Below are positions 51,807 to 62,453 of a DNA stretch of 64,000 nucleotides, in pieces. The translations under genes and the position numbers were made by a program. The stretch is from positions 10,534 to 74,533 of the forward strand of contig JANLSU010000017.1 in NCBI GenBank assembly GCA_031362565.1. The letters are read 5' to 3'. Each line of letters begins with the position of its first letter. The stretch's first letter is position 1. The stretch comes from a bacterium. GTDB lineage: Bacteria; Krumholzibacteriota; Krumholzibacteriia; G020349025. A model generated the notes under the pieces. The model saw nothing but the letters and a program-made list of their open reading frames with translations. It had not been told where the DNA came from and did not search any database.

Positions 51807-54794
51807 GTGGAGGCGTGGATGGCGAGCGTGCGCGAAGTCCCAAGCCGCTATGGCGTCCGCTCCGAACGCTTCTCGACGCTGATGGCGCACCGCGTCCACA
51901 CGATCCTGCTGGTCGCGTCACGCTATGACTCGTTCCTGCTCGAAGAGGAAGGCCAACTCGCCGAGCTTTTGGCGCGCGAGTACCGGGCGCTCAACCTCAA
52001 CCTGCGCGATGTGCCGCGTCTCGTGGCCGCGGAAAGCGGCCGCGAGGCGCTGGAGCTGGTCGGCACGACCTCGTTCGATCTCGTCGTCGCCACGACACGT
52101 CTCGTAGACATGTCCCTGGTCGAGTTCGCGGAGAAGCTGGACGCGGTGGCGCCCAAGCTGCGGCTGGGCGTGCTGGTACCGCATGCCTGGGATCTGCCGC
52201 GCCTTGCCGGCCTACGCGACTCGGGCACCGTCGACCACGTCTTCTTGTGGCAGGGCGACGTCAAGACGCTATTCGCGATGATCGTCCTCGAAGAGGACCG
52301 CCGCAATGTCGAGCACGATGTGCGCAAGGGTGGCGTGCAGGTGATCATCGTCGTCGAGGACGACTTCCGTTTCCTGTCGTACTACTTGCCGCGTGTGTAC
52401 GCGGAGGTCACCCGCCAAACAGCCGAAGTCGTCGCCGATGCCTTCAACCTGTCGGACCAGCTCCTGCGCCTGCAAGCGCGGCCCAAGATCTTGCTGGCGC
52501 GGACGTTCGAACGGGCCTGGGAACTGTGGCAGCGCTATTCGGACCACGTGCTGGCGTTGATCGCCGACGTCGGCTTCCCGCACGAGGGCACGCTCACCCC
52601 ACACGCCGGGCTCGAACTGGCGCGGCGCGTGCGCCAGGAAGTTGTCGACTTACCCGTGCTCCTGCAGTCGTCCGACGCGAGTGTCGCGGAGGCGGCGCAC
52701 GCCGCCGGCCTGAACTTCACGCCCAAGGAAGGCGGGGCGCCGGTCGATGCCCTGCGCACCTTCTTGAAGGACAAGTGCGGCTTCGGCGAGTTCGCCTTCC
52801 GCTTGGCGGACGGCTCGCAAGTCGGCCGGGCAGCGAACCTGCGCCAGCTCGTGACTGAACTACAGCGAGTGCCGGAAGCCTGCCTGGAGCATCACGCCAG
52901 CCACAACGAATTCTCGCGTTGGCTGGCAGCGCGCACCGAGTTCGAGCTGGCGGCCATGGTCAGGCCACGCAAGGTGTCGGAGTTCGGGTCGGTGGCCGGG
53001 CTGCGGACATTCCTGGTCGACGAAGTGTCGCGTTACTTGCGCGACATCCAACGCAGTGTGGTGGTTGATTTCGAGGAGAACCGTTTCGACGACTTGGTCT
53101 CGTTCGCGCGCATCGGCGATGGGCCGCTGGGCGGCAAGGGCCGCGGCTTGGCGTTCGTGCAGCGCTTGCTAGCCGAAGAGCATCCGATTCTGGAAGGTGT
53201 CGAGGTGGCGGTGCCGCAAACCGTCGCCATTGCCGCCGACGTCTTCGAGGCCTACTTGGAAACGAACGGCCTGCGGTCGGTGCTGCAGCGTTTGTCCAGC
53301 CTGGAAGACGAAGAGATTCTGGATGCGTTCCGCCCCGGCCGGTTCGACCGCTCGATCCGCTCCAAGCTCGCCGCTTATCTCAAAGTCCTGCGCGTGCCAA
53401 TTGCGGTGCGCTCGTCGAGCGTGCTCGAGGATTCGCCCTATCAGCCGTTCGCGGGCGTCTATTCGACCGTGTTCCTGCCCAACAACCACCCGAGCTTGGA
53501 CGTGCGCCTGGCGCAGCTTCTGGAAGCGATCAAGGTCGTATACGCCTCCACCTACATGAAGGGGGCGCGCGAATATCTGTCGACGACGCCGCACCGCATG
53601 GAAGAAGAGCGCATGGGCGTCGTGCTGCAGCGCTTGGTGGGAAGCCGCGTCGGCAGCCGGTTCTATCCGCTCTTTGCCGGTGTGGCTTCGTCGCACAACT
53701 TCTATCCGTTCGCGGCCATGAAGCCCGAGGATGGCGTGGCGTTGGTGGCACTAGGATTCGGCAAAACCGTCGTCGAGGGCTTCGAGGCGCTGCGCTTCTG
53801 CCCGGCGCATCCACAAGTGCTGCCGCAGTTCTCCGCCATCCCGGACATCTTGCGCAATGCGCAACGCAATTTCTGGGCGCTCGACCTGACCAGCATGGAC
53901 GTGATTCCGGGCCTGCGATCGGATGCGAATCTGGTGCAGGAAGATGTGACCGAGGCACTCAAGCGCCCGGACGCGGGGCTCGTTGCTTCGACCTACATGC
54001 GCGCCAACGATGCGTTGGTCGACGGCGTCGTGAGCGGCGGCGCGCCTCTGGTGTCTTTTGCGCGCGTCCTCAAGGGCCGCGGGTTGCCGCTGCCGCAAGT
54101 CCTGCAACGCGTGCTCGCCATCGCGCAGACCGGCATGGGCATTCCGGTCGAAATCGAGTTTGCGGCCGATGCAGCGCAGGCGGGTGGCCCACCCGTGTTC
54201 TACGTTTTGCAAGTGCGACCGATGATCGTCGACCGGGCGGTGCAAACGCTCGACCTCGAGTCGTTACCGCCCGAGCAGGTCGTGGTGCAATCCCCGGCGG
54301 CGCTCGGCCACGGACGTACGGACGGGATTCTGGATATTGTTGTTGTGGCGCACGATCTCGACCGTGGCCGCACCCGCGAGGCCGCGCAGGCGATCGACCG
54401 GCTGAATGCCCGGCTGCGCGAAGAGAAACGCCCGTACTTGCTCATCGGCCCCGGGCGCTGGGGCTCGCGTGATCCATGGCTCGGAATTCCCGTCGGTTGG
54501 TCGCAGATTGCCGGCGCGGCCGCTATTGTCGAGACCGACTTCGATGATTTGGACATCGAACCGTCGCAGGGCTCACACTTCTTCCACAATCTGACCTCGT
54601 CCGCGATTCCCTTCCTGCCCGTGCACCGCCGCTATGGCGGCGGCGAGATCCGCTGGCCGTGGTTGCAAGCACGCCACGTCGAGGCGAGCGAAATGGACGG
54701 CAAGGTCCGCCACCTGCGCCTCGCGCATCCGCTCCAAGTGCTGCTCGACGGCTCGCGCCGCGCCGGCGTGGTGCTAGCGCCGGACGGGGATTGA
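51807..54794 (+). CDS. Receiver-like domains fused to a PEP-synthase/PPDK nucleotide-binding domain and a His-containing C-terminal domain
   Basis: IIVVEDD receiver-like segment; GGKGRGL, AVRSSSVLED, FAGVYST, EIEFA, LQVRP; C-terminal GPGRWGS and QGSHFFHNL. Confidence 0.85.
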   Translation: MEAWMASVREVPSRYGVRSERFSTLMAHRVHTILLVASRYDSFLLEEEGQLAELLAREYRALNLNLRDVPRLVAAESGREALELVGTTSFDLVVATTRLVDMSLVEFAEKLDAVAPKLRLGVLVPHAWDLPRLAGLRDSGTVDHVFLWQGDVKTLFAMIVLEEDRRNVEHDVRKGGVQVIIVVEDDFRFLSYYLPRVYAEVTRQTAEVVADAFNLSDQLLRLQARPKILLARTFERAWELWQRYSDHVLALIADVGFPHEGTLTPHAGLELARRVRQEVVDLPVLLQSSDASVAEAAHAAGLNFTPKEGGAPVDALRTFLKDKCGFGEFAFRLADGSQVGRAANLRQLVTELQRVPEACLEHHASHNEFSRWLAARTEFELAAMVRPRKVSEFGSVAGLRTFLVDEVSRYLRDIQRSVVVDFEENRFDDLVSFARIGDGPLGGKGRGLAFVQRLLAEEHPILEGVEVAVPQTVAIAADVFEAYLETNGLRSVLQRLSSLEDEEILDAFRPGRFDRSIRSKLAAYLKVLRVPIAVRSSSVLEDSPYQPFAGVYSTVFLPNNHPSLDVRLAQLLEAIKVVYASTYMKGAREYLSTTPHRMEEERMGVVLQRLVGSRVGSRFYPLFAGVASSHNFYPFAAMKPEDGVALVALGFGKTVVEGFEALRFCPAHPQVLPQFSAIPDILRNAQRNFWALDLTSMDVIPGLRSDANLVQEDVTEALKRPDAGLVASTYMRANDALVDGVVSGGAPLVSFARVLKGRGLPLPQVLQRVLAIAQTGMGIPVEIEFAADAAQAGGPPVFYVLQVRPMIVDRAVQTLDLESLPPEQVVVQSPAALGHGRTDGILDIVVVAHDLDRGRTREAAQAIDRLNARLREEKRPYLLIGPGRWGSRDPWLGIPVGWSQIAGAAAIVETDFDDLDIEPSQGSHFFHNLTSSAIPFLPVHRRYGGGEIRWPWLQARHVEASEMDGKVRHLRLAHPLQVLLDGSRRAGVVLAPDGD

Positions 54795-54818
54795 TCGAAC
54801 CCGCACCCTCCGAGGCGT

Positions 54819-56282
54819 TCATGGCTCGCCGAGCAATCGCATTCCGGCATCGAGTACCGGGTCGCGGCCGTTCAACACATCGTCCAGGGTCGGGGTCACT
54901 ACCACGTCGGGCACGAGACCGCGATCGAGTGGCCGGCGCCCCGAGACCGCCATGTTGTAACGTACGAGCGGAATTTCCACCCGGATGCGGGAATTCTGGA
55001 GCAGCAGCGTCGGTGTGGGCCCCGAGCAATTCCCGCCGAAGGCCCCGCCGCTCTCCTCGCCAACGAAGCGGGCCAGCGTGTTCTCGGCCAACACGGTGAG
55101 CAGCTCGCTGGCCGTGGAAAAACATCCGCCGTTGATCAGGACAATCAGATTTCCGCGGAAGTTTTCGCGCGCCGGGTGCCGCGTGCCGAGGTTTGGATGC
55201 CGGATCAGGTTGAAGCCGCCGTGCGCGTTGGCCTGTGCGAATCCCTTGGGCGCCTTGAATCCCGTTGCATTGGTCGTGAACGCGAAAAACCGGTATTGAA
55301 GCGCGTTCATCTCGAGACTCGAATAGTAGGTGTAGTCATGATCGATCAGGTGGGACGCCAGTTGCTCGCCGTATTCGTCGGTACCGCCACGGTTGTCCCG
55401 GAGGTCGAGTATCAGATTCCGAGTACCTTGCGTGTGCAGCCGCTGAAACGTGTCCGCGAGAAATGTGGAGAAATTGAGCTTTGCATCGGCGTACTGATCT
55501 TTGTCGAAATCGCTCACTCGGAGCAACGCGACCTGATCTGCTGTGACATATCGGAAGTCGGCCGGCGGCTGATTGGACTTGTGTGAATAGCGCTGCTGGA
55601 AGCGTGCGAGCACGTCGTCGAAGAGGAGGCCGGGAACGGTCTCAGTGCGCTCGCGATCGGCGCCGCGCGGGACGAAGGTAATTTGGTAGGACTCGGAACG
55701 CCCGTAGACGTAGGTGAAATAGCGGGTCAGGAGCCGCGTCCTCTCGACGGTCCATTTTTCGTGGGTGGTGTTCGCGCCGTCCCTTGGAGCGAAGCGGTGG
55801 AACGTGGCAAGGAACTCCGCCATTGGGTGGCCGTTGATCGCTACGAGGCGGGAACCGCTGAACACGCTGTCGGGAAGATCCGAGTAGTTGTGCCGCACGT
55901 AGAGCTGGCCCTCGCTCAAGAAGGCTCGGAAGGGTAGCGCCGTCCGCCCGGCATCCAGGCTGTCCTGGTCCGCCTTGGGCAGGACCGCAACGGTGTGGCC
56001 ATCGCGAACGCTGGACACCAGCCGACAGACAAGTAAATGGAACTCGCGAAGCTTCATGGGGCGCTTCGCCTCGGCCGCAGCCGAGGCGAACGCCGAGTCG
56101 AGCGTGGTCTGGCGCGTGTATCGCGTCAGTCCGGGATGGCCCTCCTGCAGAGCTGTCCGCAACAATGAAAGATCCTCGGCAAGCTGCGGCGGTGAGCCGG
56201 TGAATAAGCCCACTTCCTGTCGTTGGCAGCCGGCGAGACACAAGATGCCGATGAGCGAGGTCGCCATTCGTCCGAGTTTCAT
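54819..56282 (-). CDS. S41-family peptidase lipoprotein
   Basis: Lipobox LAGC; HPGL.RY, RDGHT, LILDLRDNRGG, FSTAS, VGEESGG, GLVPD. Confidence 0.88.
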   Translation of the reverse strand: MKLGRMATSLIGILCLAGCQRQEVGLFTGSPPQLAEDLSLLRTALQEGHPGLTRYTRQTTLDSAFASAAAEAKRPMKLREFHLLVCRLVSSVRDGHTVAVLPKADQDSLDAGRTALPFRAFLSEGQLYVRHNYSDLPDSVFSGSRLVAINGHPMAEFLATFHRFAPRDGANTTHEKWTVERTRLLTRYFTYVYGRSESYQITFVPRGADRERTETVPGLLFDDVLARFQQRYSHKSNQPPADFRYVTADQVALLRVSDFDKDQYADAKLNFSTFLADTFQRLHTQGTRNLILDLRDNRGGTDEYGEQLASHLIDHDYTYYSSLEMNALQYRFFAFTTNATGFKAPKGFAQANAHGGFNLIRHPNLGTRHPARENFRGNLIVLINGGCFSTASELLTVLAENTLARFVGEESGGAFGGNCSGPTPTLLLQNSRIRVEIPLVRYNMAVSGRRPLDRGLVPDVVVTPTLDDVLNGRDPVLDAGMRLLGEP

Positions 56283-56755
56283 TGGAGTCTCCGCAGGCCC
56301 GAGTGAAGACTGACATCCCGTTTGGACTCATGACAAACGCATTGACGGCCGCGGTGGTTCGCAGCCGAGGAAGGAATGTGCGGTCCGTTGGGACAAGGTG
56401 CTCTCAGGCGGGGACCAACTGCACGGTCCACGGAACGTGAGCGACGATCCCCAGGGGCGCCGCGGTCTCGCCCTCGGCAGCGAATTGGCATCGGAAACGC
56501 GGGATCGGGGGGAAGCGCCATCATGACAATCCTGCCATCCGTCGGGGTGCAAGCAATCCGGCCGCGGCCCGTGGCGCGGACAAGCGCGCGGCGCCAGTCC
56601 AGGCTGGATGCACCCCAGCGCATCGACTAAGATCGCGGCGTCGCGCCCGAATTCGTCCTTGAGCGACGCGTGGTCCCGACGGAATCGCCACCCTGGAGCT
56701 GCCCATTACGAGCCGACGCGATGCACCCAGCGGCCAGGGAGGCGCGGCCTCCCGC

Positions 56756-59700
56756 GTGCTCCCGGTGCTCTTCAGCCTGTTCTTTCTCTCCGGCGCAACG
56801 TCGCTTCTGTATCAGATCCTGTGGATCCGGTTGCTGTCGTTGTCGCTCGGCAGCACCGTGCTCGCCATCTCGTGGGTCGTGAGTTGTTTCATGGCGGGCC
56901 TTGCACTGGGCAGCGAATTTCTCGGGCGGCTGGCCGATCGGGGCGCCTCGCCCATCCGCCTTTACGCGCTTTTGGAGGGGGCGATCGGGCTCTCGGCACT
57001 CGGCGTGAGCATGGCGCTATCCCACCTCGCACACACGGCGCTGCCGGTCGCCGTGGGCTATGGACTAGCCGCGCTGTTGCTCGCCGTCCCGACCTTTCTG
57101 ATGGGTGGAACGCTGCCGGTTCTCAGCCGGTATGCCGAGCGGCGGTTGCGTGACAAGGGCGGACTCATTGGTGCGCTCTATGGCGTCAACACCCTCGGTG
57201 CAATCGTCGGCGTGGCGCTGACCGGATTCGTGCTGATTCGTGCGTTCGGAATTCTACACACGACTTGGATCGCGGCGGCCGCCAACATCGGCATCGCGGT
57301 GATCGGACTGCTGCTCGCGCGTGGCGACGTGCAGCCAAGCAATGACGGCGGTTCGGGGACAAGTGTGCCGGCCAAGAGGGCGCAACCAGCTGCCGGCAAG
57401 AGCCAGGCGACCGATCGCGTGCTGCACGCGGTGGCGATCACCTACTTCATGAACGGCCTCGTGGGCTTGGCGCTCGAGATTCTCTGGACGCGAAGTGTGC
57501 TCCTCATCGGCGCTAACACGATTTATGTCTTCACGACGATCCTGACGACATTCCTTCTCGGGCTTGCACTCGGCAGTGCGCTTCTGTCACTCCGGGTCGA
57601 CCGGCTGCGGGCCCCGGGAGCAACACTCTCGAACCTTCAATCGGCGATCGGACTCGCGGCCGGACTGAGTCCGCTCCTGCTGCGACTCGTGGCCACTCCC
57701 GCGTTCCGTTCCCTATCGGAGCGCGCCACCCCACATGGCCTTGCGGCGCAGGCGTTCAGCACCTATGCGTTGACTGTGCTACTGATTCTTCCCACCGCAA
57801 TTCTGCTTGGGGCCTGCTTTCCCGTCGTGGCGCGGTTGGTGGCGGAGCGCGAAACGAACATTGGGCGAAGAATCGGCCGGGTGTACGCCCTCAACACAGT
57901 GGGTGCGGTCGCGGGGAGCCTGCTTGCCGGATTCGTTTTGCTCCCGGCGCTGGGGATCGAACGTTCGATCGCGCTCGTCGCGGTCCTCGCCGCCGTCTCC
58001 GGGCTGCATCTTGCGACGCGGGTGCAGACGTCGAGAGTTATGGGTGGGGTCTGCGCGGCGGTCGCGTGCGCGGCGCTCGTCTTCGCGCCCGGCCAGTTCC
58101 GCCGCCTGCTCGAGTCGGGATTGCGGCAGCCCTTGTCGTTCTATCGCGAGGGCACGGAAACGACGGCCGGCGTCTACACGAGCGCCAAGGCCGGGCGCCC
58201 GGTGCTGGTCATCAACAACGTCGCCCTCGACGACCACGGCGTCGTGCACAAACTGCTGGCCCACATCCCCGGACTCCTGCAAGAGCGCACCGAGCGCGCC
58301 CTCGTTCTGGGCTTCGGAGTCGGCATTACCTCGCAGTCGGTTTCCACCCTCGGTTATACGGTAAACGACTGCGTCGAAATCTCCCCCGAAGTGATGGCGG
58401 CGGCGCCGTCCTTTGCGCTGCTGAACGGCAACATCGCGGGGCGCGGTGACCCGCACTATCGAACCATCGTTGCAGACGGCCGGCGCTATCTGCTGGCCAA
58501 TCGCACCGCCTACGACCTGATCGCGTTGGACGCCAACTCCGGCAAGCTACTGAACGCGGGCGTCGGCAAGCTCTACACGCGCGAGTTTTTCGCGCTCTGC
58601 AAGTCACGCCTGGCACCCGGGGGCATGGTGACGGCCTATGTCAGCCCCAACGTGAGTTGGCGCGAGTTCAAGATGATCGTCCGTACTTTTCAGGAGGTGT
58701 TCCCGCACACCACGCTGTGGACCGACCCGGTCTACCGCGAGAACTGTGTCTTGGTTGGCACCGAGATGCCGCTCCGAATCGACCTCACGCGCTATGCCGA
58801 ACGCTTGGCGCGCCCCGAAGTGCAGGCCGACCTCGCGGCCTTCGATCTCGACCAGATCGGGTTTCTGGGCGGCTTCTTGATGGGCGAGAATCACGTTCGC
58901 CTCTTCAGCCGGGACGGCGAACTCAACACCGATGATCACCCGATCATGGAGTTTTTCTCGTTGCGCCGCGATCTATTCGAAGTCGACGACCGGCCAACCA
59001 TCGCCTCGGGCTTGCCGCTGTTCGGTGAATCGCTGCGGACGCTCATCGACCCGGCGGCCGATGCGAGCGGGACGGCGCTGCTCGCCGCGGTCGATGGCGC
59101 GGAGCGCGCCGCGCCCCTCTTGGCGCAGGCTGCGGAATACCGCCACCTCCGCAACTTGGATGCCATGCGGGAACGCTTCTTCGCCGCCAAAGGGGTCATG
59201 CCGGAGTCCCGGGTCATTGCCCGGCTGATTGCTGAACTGCCGAAGAAAACCGGCTCGGACGGCGCGGTGCCGGAACTCGATCTCGCCGCCTCGAACTCGG
59301 CCGGGCGCACTGGCGCCGATCAACTGCTGGCCGATCCACCCCGCGGTTTCGGTCTCGCAAGCACGTTCGTGCAAGCGTACCGCCAGACGGACAATGCGGC
59401 GATTCGCGGCCCGGCAACCCAGATCGCGGCGCGCTGCCTCGATGCACTGGAGGACCCGGCGGGCGCGCTGGTGCTCTATCGCGCCCTGGGCTCGATCGAC
59501 GCGACGAATGGCGAAGCGAAGACGCGCGCCCAGGCTGCAACCGTGGCGATCGCGCTGCGGCTCGACGCGGCGTTGAAATCCGGCGACACGGCTGCCGCCG
59601 TGCGCAGTCCGTACCTCGGAATCAAAATTTCGCAAACGCAGGTCGAGCCGCGCGACTTTGCGCGCGCCGACGGTTGGCTGGAGCTGGCACAACTCGAGGC

Positions 59701-59911
59701 GCTTTCGAACCGGCCCATCGACGCCTACCTGGCGCTCCGCGCGGCACGCACCGCGGAACCAAACCGTGCCGAGACCTATGTCGCGCTCGGGCAGTCGGTA
59801 CGAGGCCTTGGAGCGATCGACGCGGCGCGGGCGGCTTTCGAGCGCGCTCTCGAACTCGATCCGGGCTTGACTCGCGCCCGCGACGAACTCGCGCGCACGC
59901 CCAGTCGCTAG
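56756..59911 (+). CDS. Fused MFS-like membrane domain / spermidine synthase-like domain with C-terminal TPR
   Basis: SGATSLLYQILW.R, MGGTLP, LYGVNTLGA; LVLGFGVG, VEISPEV, ADGRRY, LYTREF, NTDDHP..EF; TPR ALELDP. Confidence 0.88.
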   Translation: MLPVLFSLFFLSGATSLLYQILWIRLLSLSLGSTVLAISWVVSCFMAGLALGSEFLGRLADRGASPIRLYALLEGAIGLSALGVSMALSHLAHTALPVAVGYGLAALLLAVPTFLMGGTLPVLSRYAERRLRDKGGLIGALYGVNTLGAIVGVALTGFVLIRAFGILHTTWIAAAANIGIAVIGLLLARGDVQPSNDGGSGTSVPAKRAQPAAGKSQATDRVLHAVAITYFMNGLVGLALEILWTRSVLLIGANTIYVFTTILTTFLLGLALGSALLSLRVDRLRAPGATLSNLQSAIGLAAGLSPLLLRLVATPAFRSLSERATPHGLAAQAFSTYALTVLLILPTAILLGACFPVVARLVAERETNIGRRIGRVYALNTVGAVAGSLLAGFVLLPALGIERSIALVAVLAAVSGLHLATRVQTSRVMGGVCAAVACAALVFAPGQFRRLLESGLRQPLSFYREGTETTAGVYTSAKAGRPVLVINNVALDDHGVVHKLLAHIPGLLQERTERALVLGFGVGITSQSVSTLGYTVNDCVEISPEVMAAAPSFALLNGNIAGRGDPHYRTIVADGRRYLLANRTAYDLIALDANSGKLLNAGVGKLYTREFFALCKSRLAPGGMVTAYVSPNVSWREFKMIVRTFQEVFPHTTLWTDPVYRENCVLVGTEMPLRIDLTRYAERLARPEVQADLAAFDLDQIGFLGGFLMGENHVRLFSRDGELNTDDHPIMEFFSLRRDLFEVDDRPTIASGLPLFGESLRTLIDPAADASGTALLAAVDGAERAAPLLAQAAEYRHLRNLDAMRERFFAAKGVMPESRVIARLIAELPKKTGSDGAVPELDLAASNSAGRTGADQLLADPPRGFGLASTFVQAYRQTDNAAIRGPATQIAARCLDALEDPAGALVLYRALGSIDATNGEAKTRAQAATVAIALRLDAALKSGDTAAAVRSPYLGIKISQTQVEPRDFARADGWLELAQLEALSNRPIDAYLALRAARTAEPNRAETYVALGQSVRGLGAIDAARAAFERALELDPGLTRARDELARTPSR

Positions 59912-60041
59912 CCCGAGCCGCGCCTGGCACATCATGGCGCTACAGCGTGACGACAAGGCGCGATATTGTGCATACTACGGATACGAAGGCTACTGGAGCC
60001 TTGCAGCCGGAAGAGGTCCTCCGAACCGAATCGAGCCCGCC

Positions 60042-60551
60042 ATGATTCGCCACGCACTCGCAATCGGCCTGATTGGCGCCCTGCTGCTGCGCGCCGTTCC
60101 GGCGTCCGCCGACGAAGAAACGCAGCGTCGCTCGCTCGCCGGTGTGGGCGGTGTGCATCTGCATCTCATGCTCGAGGGAGATGATCTCGAGAGCAATCAC
60201 CTGACCGAGGCGGCACTGGTTCCCGAGATCGAATCGCGGCTCACCGCAACCGGACTGCGCATTCTTACACCCGAAGGTTCTGCCAAGGAACCTGGCGTCC
60301 CATGGTTGTACGCCTCGCTCACGCTGCAAAAGTCGCAGGACAGTAAGATCTACGCGTGGTCGATCCGTCTCGACCTGGAACAACGGGCATGCCTCGAGCG
60401 CGATCCCAAGATCTGCGGCTCGGTCGGGACTTGGAGTTCGCACCGCTTTGGATCGGTGGGACGGCGGCGCGTGCAGACCTTGCACCAGGACCTGCTGGAC
60501 GCCGTGAACGAGTTCGTGGCGGCGTACATGACGGCGAATCCGCACCACTAG
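60042..60551 (+). CDS. Exported hypothetical protein
   Basis: Signal peptide MIRHALAIGLIGALLLRAVPASA; fills the gap between co-oriented genes; ends FVAAYMTANP. Confidence 0.7.
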   Translation: MIRHALAIGLIGALLLRAVPASADEETQRRSLAGVGGVHLHLMLEGDDLESNHLTEAALVPEIESRLTATGLRILTPEGSAKEPGVPWLYASLTLQKSQDSKIYAWSIRLDLEQRACLERDPKICGSVGTWSSHRFGSVGRRRVQTLHQDLLDAVNEFVAAYMTANPHH

Positions 60552-60565
60552 CAGAGGAACCTCCG

Positions 60566-62419
60566 ATGAAGCGGCCGATACCCGTTGCGTTCGCGATAGG
60601 CGTCGTGTCGTTTGCGATTCTCTTCGGTGCCGGCTGCCGCGACCAGGCGTCGGAACGGGCCGCTCCGAACGCGGCTGCGAACACCATCGGCGTCGGCGCG
60701 GCGCCGCTCCGCAGGGTCGTCCTGATTGGTGTCGATTCCGGCGACTGGGACATCATCAACCCGCTCATCGCCAAGGGCCGCCTGCCGCATTTCGCGCGCC
60801 TCGTACAGGACGGCGCGTCGGGCACGTTGCGATCGCTCGAGCCCATGCTCTCGCCGCTTCTGTGGACCACGATGGCGACGGGCAAGCTGCCCGAGGAGCA
60901 CGGCATCCTGAGTTTCACCGCCTACGATCCCAAGACCGGCGCCAAAGTACCGATCAGCAGAACCGCGCGCCGCGTCGACGCCTTTTGGAACATGCTCGGA
61001 GACTACGGACGCAAAGTCGACGTTGTTGGCTGGCTCGCGACCTACCCTGCCGAAGGCATCAACGGCGTCATGGTCACCGACCGCGTCGGGTACTTGGCCT
61101 ATGCAGGCGCCAGTGAAACCAATGCGACGACACCGGGCAACATCTCCCCTACCGCTCGTGCCGCCGAGATTTCCGCGCACCTCGTCAAGTCGTCGGCGGT
61201 GCAGTACGGCGAGTTCAAACGCTTCATGCGCTTGGACGAACCGGCGTTCGTGCAAGCGCGGGATCGTGCGTTCGACGTTCGGAACCCGATCAACAACATG
61301 ATCATGCTGTACGCTTCGGCGCAGAGCTACCGTGCCATCGCCCGGCATCTGTCCACGACCGACCATCCGGATCTGCTGGCGGTCTACTTCGAACTCGTCG
61401 ACGCGACGTGCCATTTGTTCATGCCGTACGCACCACCGCTGCGTCCCGGCACCGATCCGGCGAAATACGAGCAATTCAAGACCGCCGTCGACGAGGCGTA
61501 CGTTTTGCAAGACGAGATGATTGGCGAGTATCTCGGAGGGTTGGACGCCAACACGGTCGTGGTCGTGGTGTCCGACCACGGCTTCTTGAGCGGTGGGGCG
61601 CGCCTGAGCGCCAGCGCCGAGATCGCCGCGGGCAAGGCGGCTCTCTGGCACCGGCTGGACGGGATCATTTGCCTGTACGGCAACGGCATCCGCAAGGGGC
61701 AACGCATCGACGGCGCCTCGGTCATCGACATCGCCCCGACGCTCCTCGCGTTGCAGGGCCTGCCGAAGCCGACGGATATGCCGGGCAAGGTCCTCGAGAG
61801 CGCGTTCGACGACAGCCTCGCGGCGCGGGTCAATACGACAGCGGTCACGACGCTGCAGCGCCAACGTGCCGCCGATACCGCCGTTGCAGACGACCCCAAC
61901 GCCCAAGATGCCATCAAGAAGCTGGAGGCACTCGGCTACCTCGCACAGGGCACACCGGACACGCACAACAACCTTGGACTGCGCTACATGCAGCAGGGTG
62001 AGTTCAAGAAGGCCGTCGATGAGTTCAATCAAGCGCTGACCCTCAAGCCGAAGTTTCCGAGTGCCCTCAACAACCTCGGGCATTGCTACTTGCAGCTCGG
62101 TGATGCGGTGAAGGCGGAGGATGCATTCAAGAAGGCTTTGGCACTGAAGCCGCAAGACGTCTACGCGCTCAACAACTTGGCCATCGTCTACATGGACCGC
62201 AAGGATCTGAAGGCGGCGCGCCAGTATGCCGAGCAGGCGGTTGCCATCGAACCGACCTATGCCAACGGCCACGTCACACTCGGATCGATCTACGGCACGA
62301 TGCGGCTCTTGGACCTCGCAGAACGCGAGTTCAAGAAGGTGCTGGAGATCGACCCCGGGAATCAGCGTGCCAAGAAGAACCTCGAGGTTTTGCGCCAAGC
62401 GCGCAGCCCGCAGCCCTGA
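60566..62419 (+). CDS. Alkaline phosphatase/nucleotide pyrophosphatase superfamily lipoprotein with TPR repeats
   Basis: Lipobox GAGC; IGVDSGDW, LSP..WTT.ATG, VSDHGF, DIAPTLL, LEALGY; four TPRs. Confidence 0.88.
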   Translation: MKRPIPVAFAIGVVSFAILFGAGCRDQASERAAPNAAANTIGVGAAPLRRVVLIGVDSGDWDIINPLIAKGRLPHFARLVQDGASGTLRSLEPMLSPLLWTTMATGKLPEEHGILSFTAYDPKTGAKVPISRTARRVDAFWNMLGDYGRKVDVVGWLATYPAEGINGVMVTDRVGYLAYAGASETNATTPGNISPTARAAEISAHLVKSSAVQYGEFKRFMRLDEPAFVQARDRAFDVRNPINNMIMLYASAQSYRAIARHLSTTDHPDLLAVYFELVDATCHLFMPYAPPLRPGTDPAKYEQFKTAVDEAYVLQDEMIGEYLGGLDANTVVVVVSDHGFLSGGARLSASAEIAAGKAALWHRLDGIICLYGNGIRKGQRIDGASVIDIAPTLLALQGLPKPTDMPGKVLESAFDDSLAARVNTTAVTTLQRQRAADTAVADDPNAQDAIKKLEALGYLAQGTPDTHNNLGLRYMQQGEFKKAVDEFNQALTLKPKFPSALNNLGHCYLQLGDAVKAEDAFKKALALKPQDVYALNNLAIVYMDRKDLKAARQYAEQAVAIEPTYANGHVTLGSIYGTMRLLDLAEREFKKVLEIDPGNQRAKKNLEVLRQARSPQP

Positions 62420-62453
62420 GTTCGTTGTCGCGCTCCCGCCCTTGGATGCGACG

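Noticed and set aside
56360..56430. Glycine-riboswitch-like words (GCCGAGGAAGG...CTCTCAGG)
   Set aside because: The GGAGA 5' element and pairing stems are missing, and the downstream gene is unrelated.
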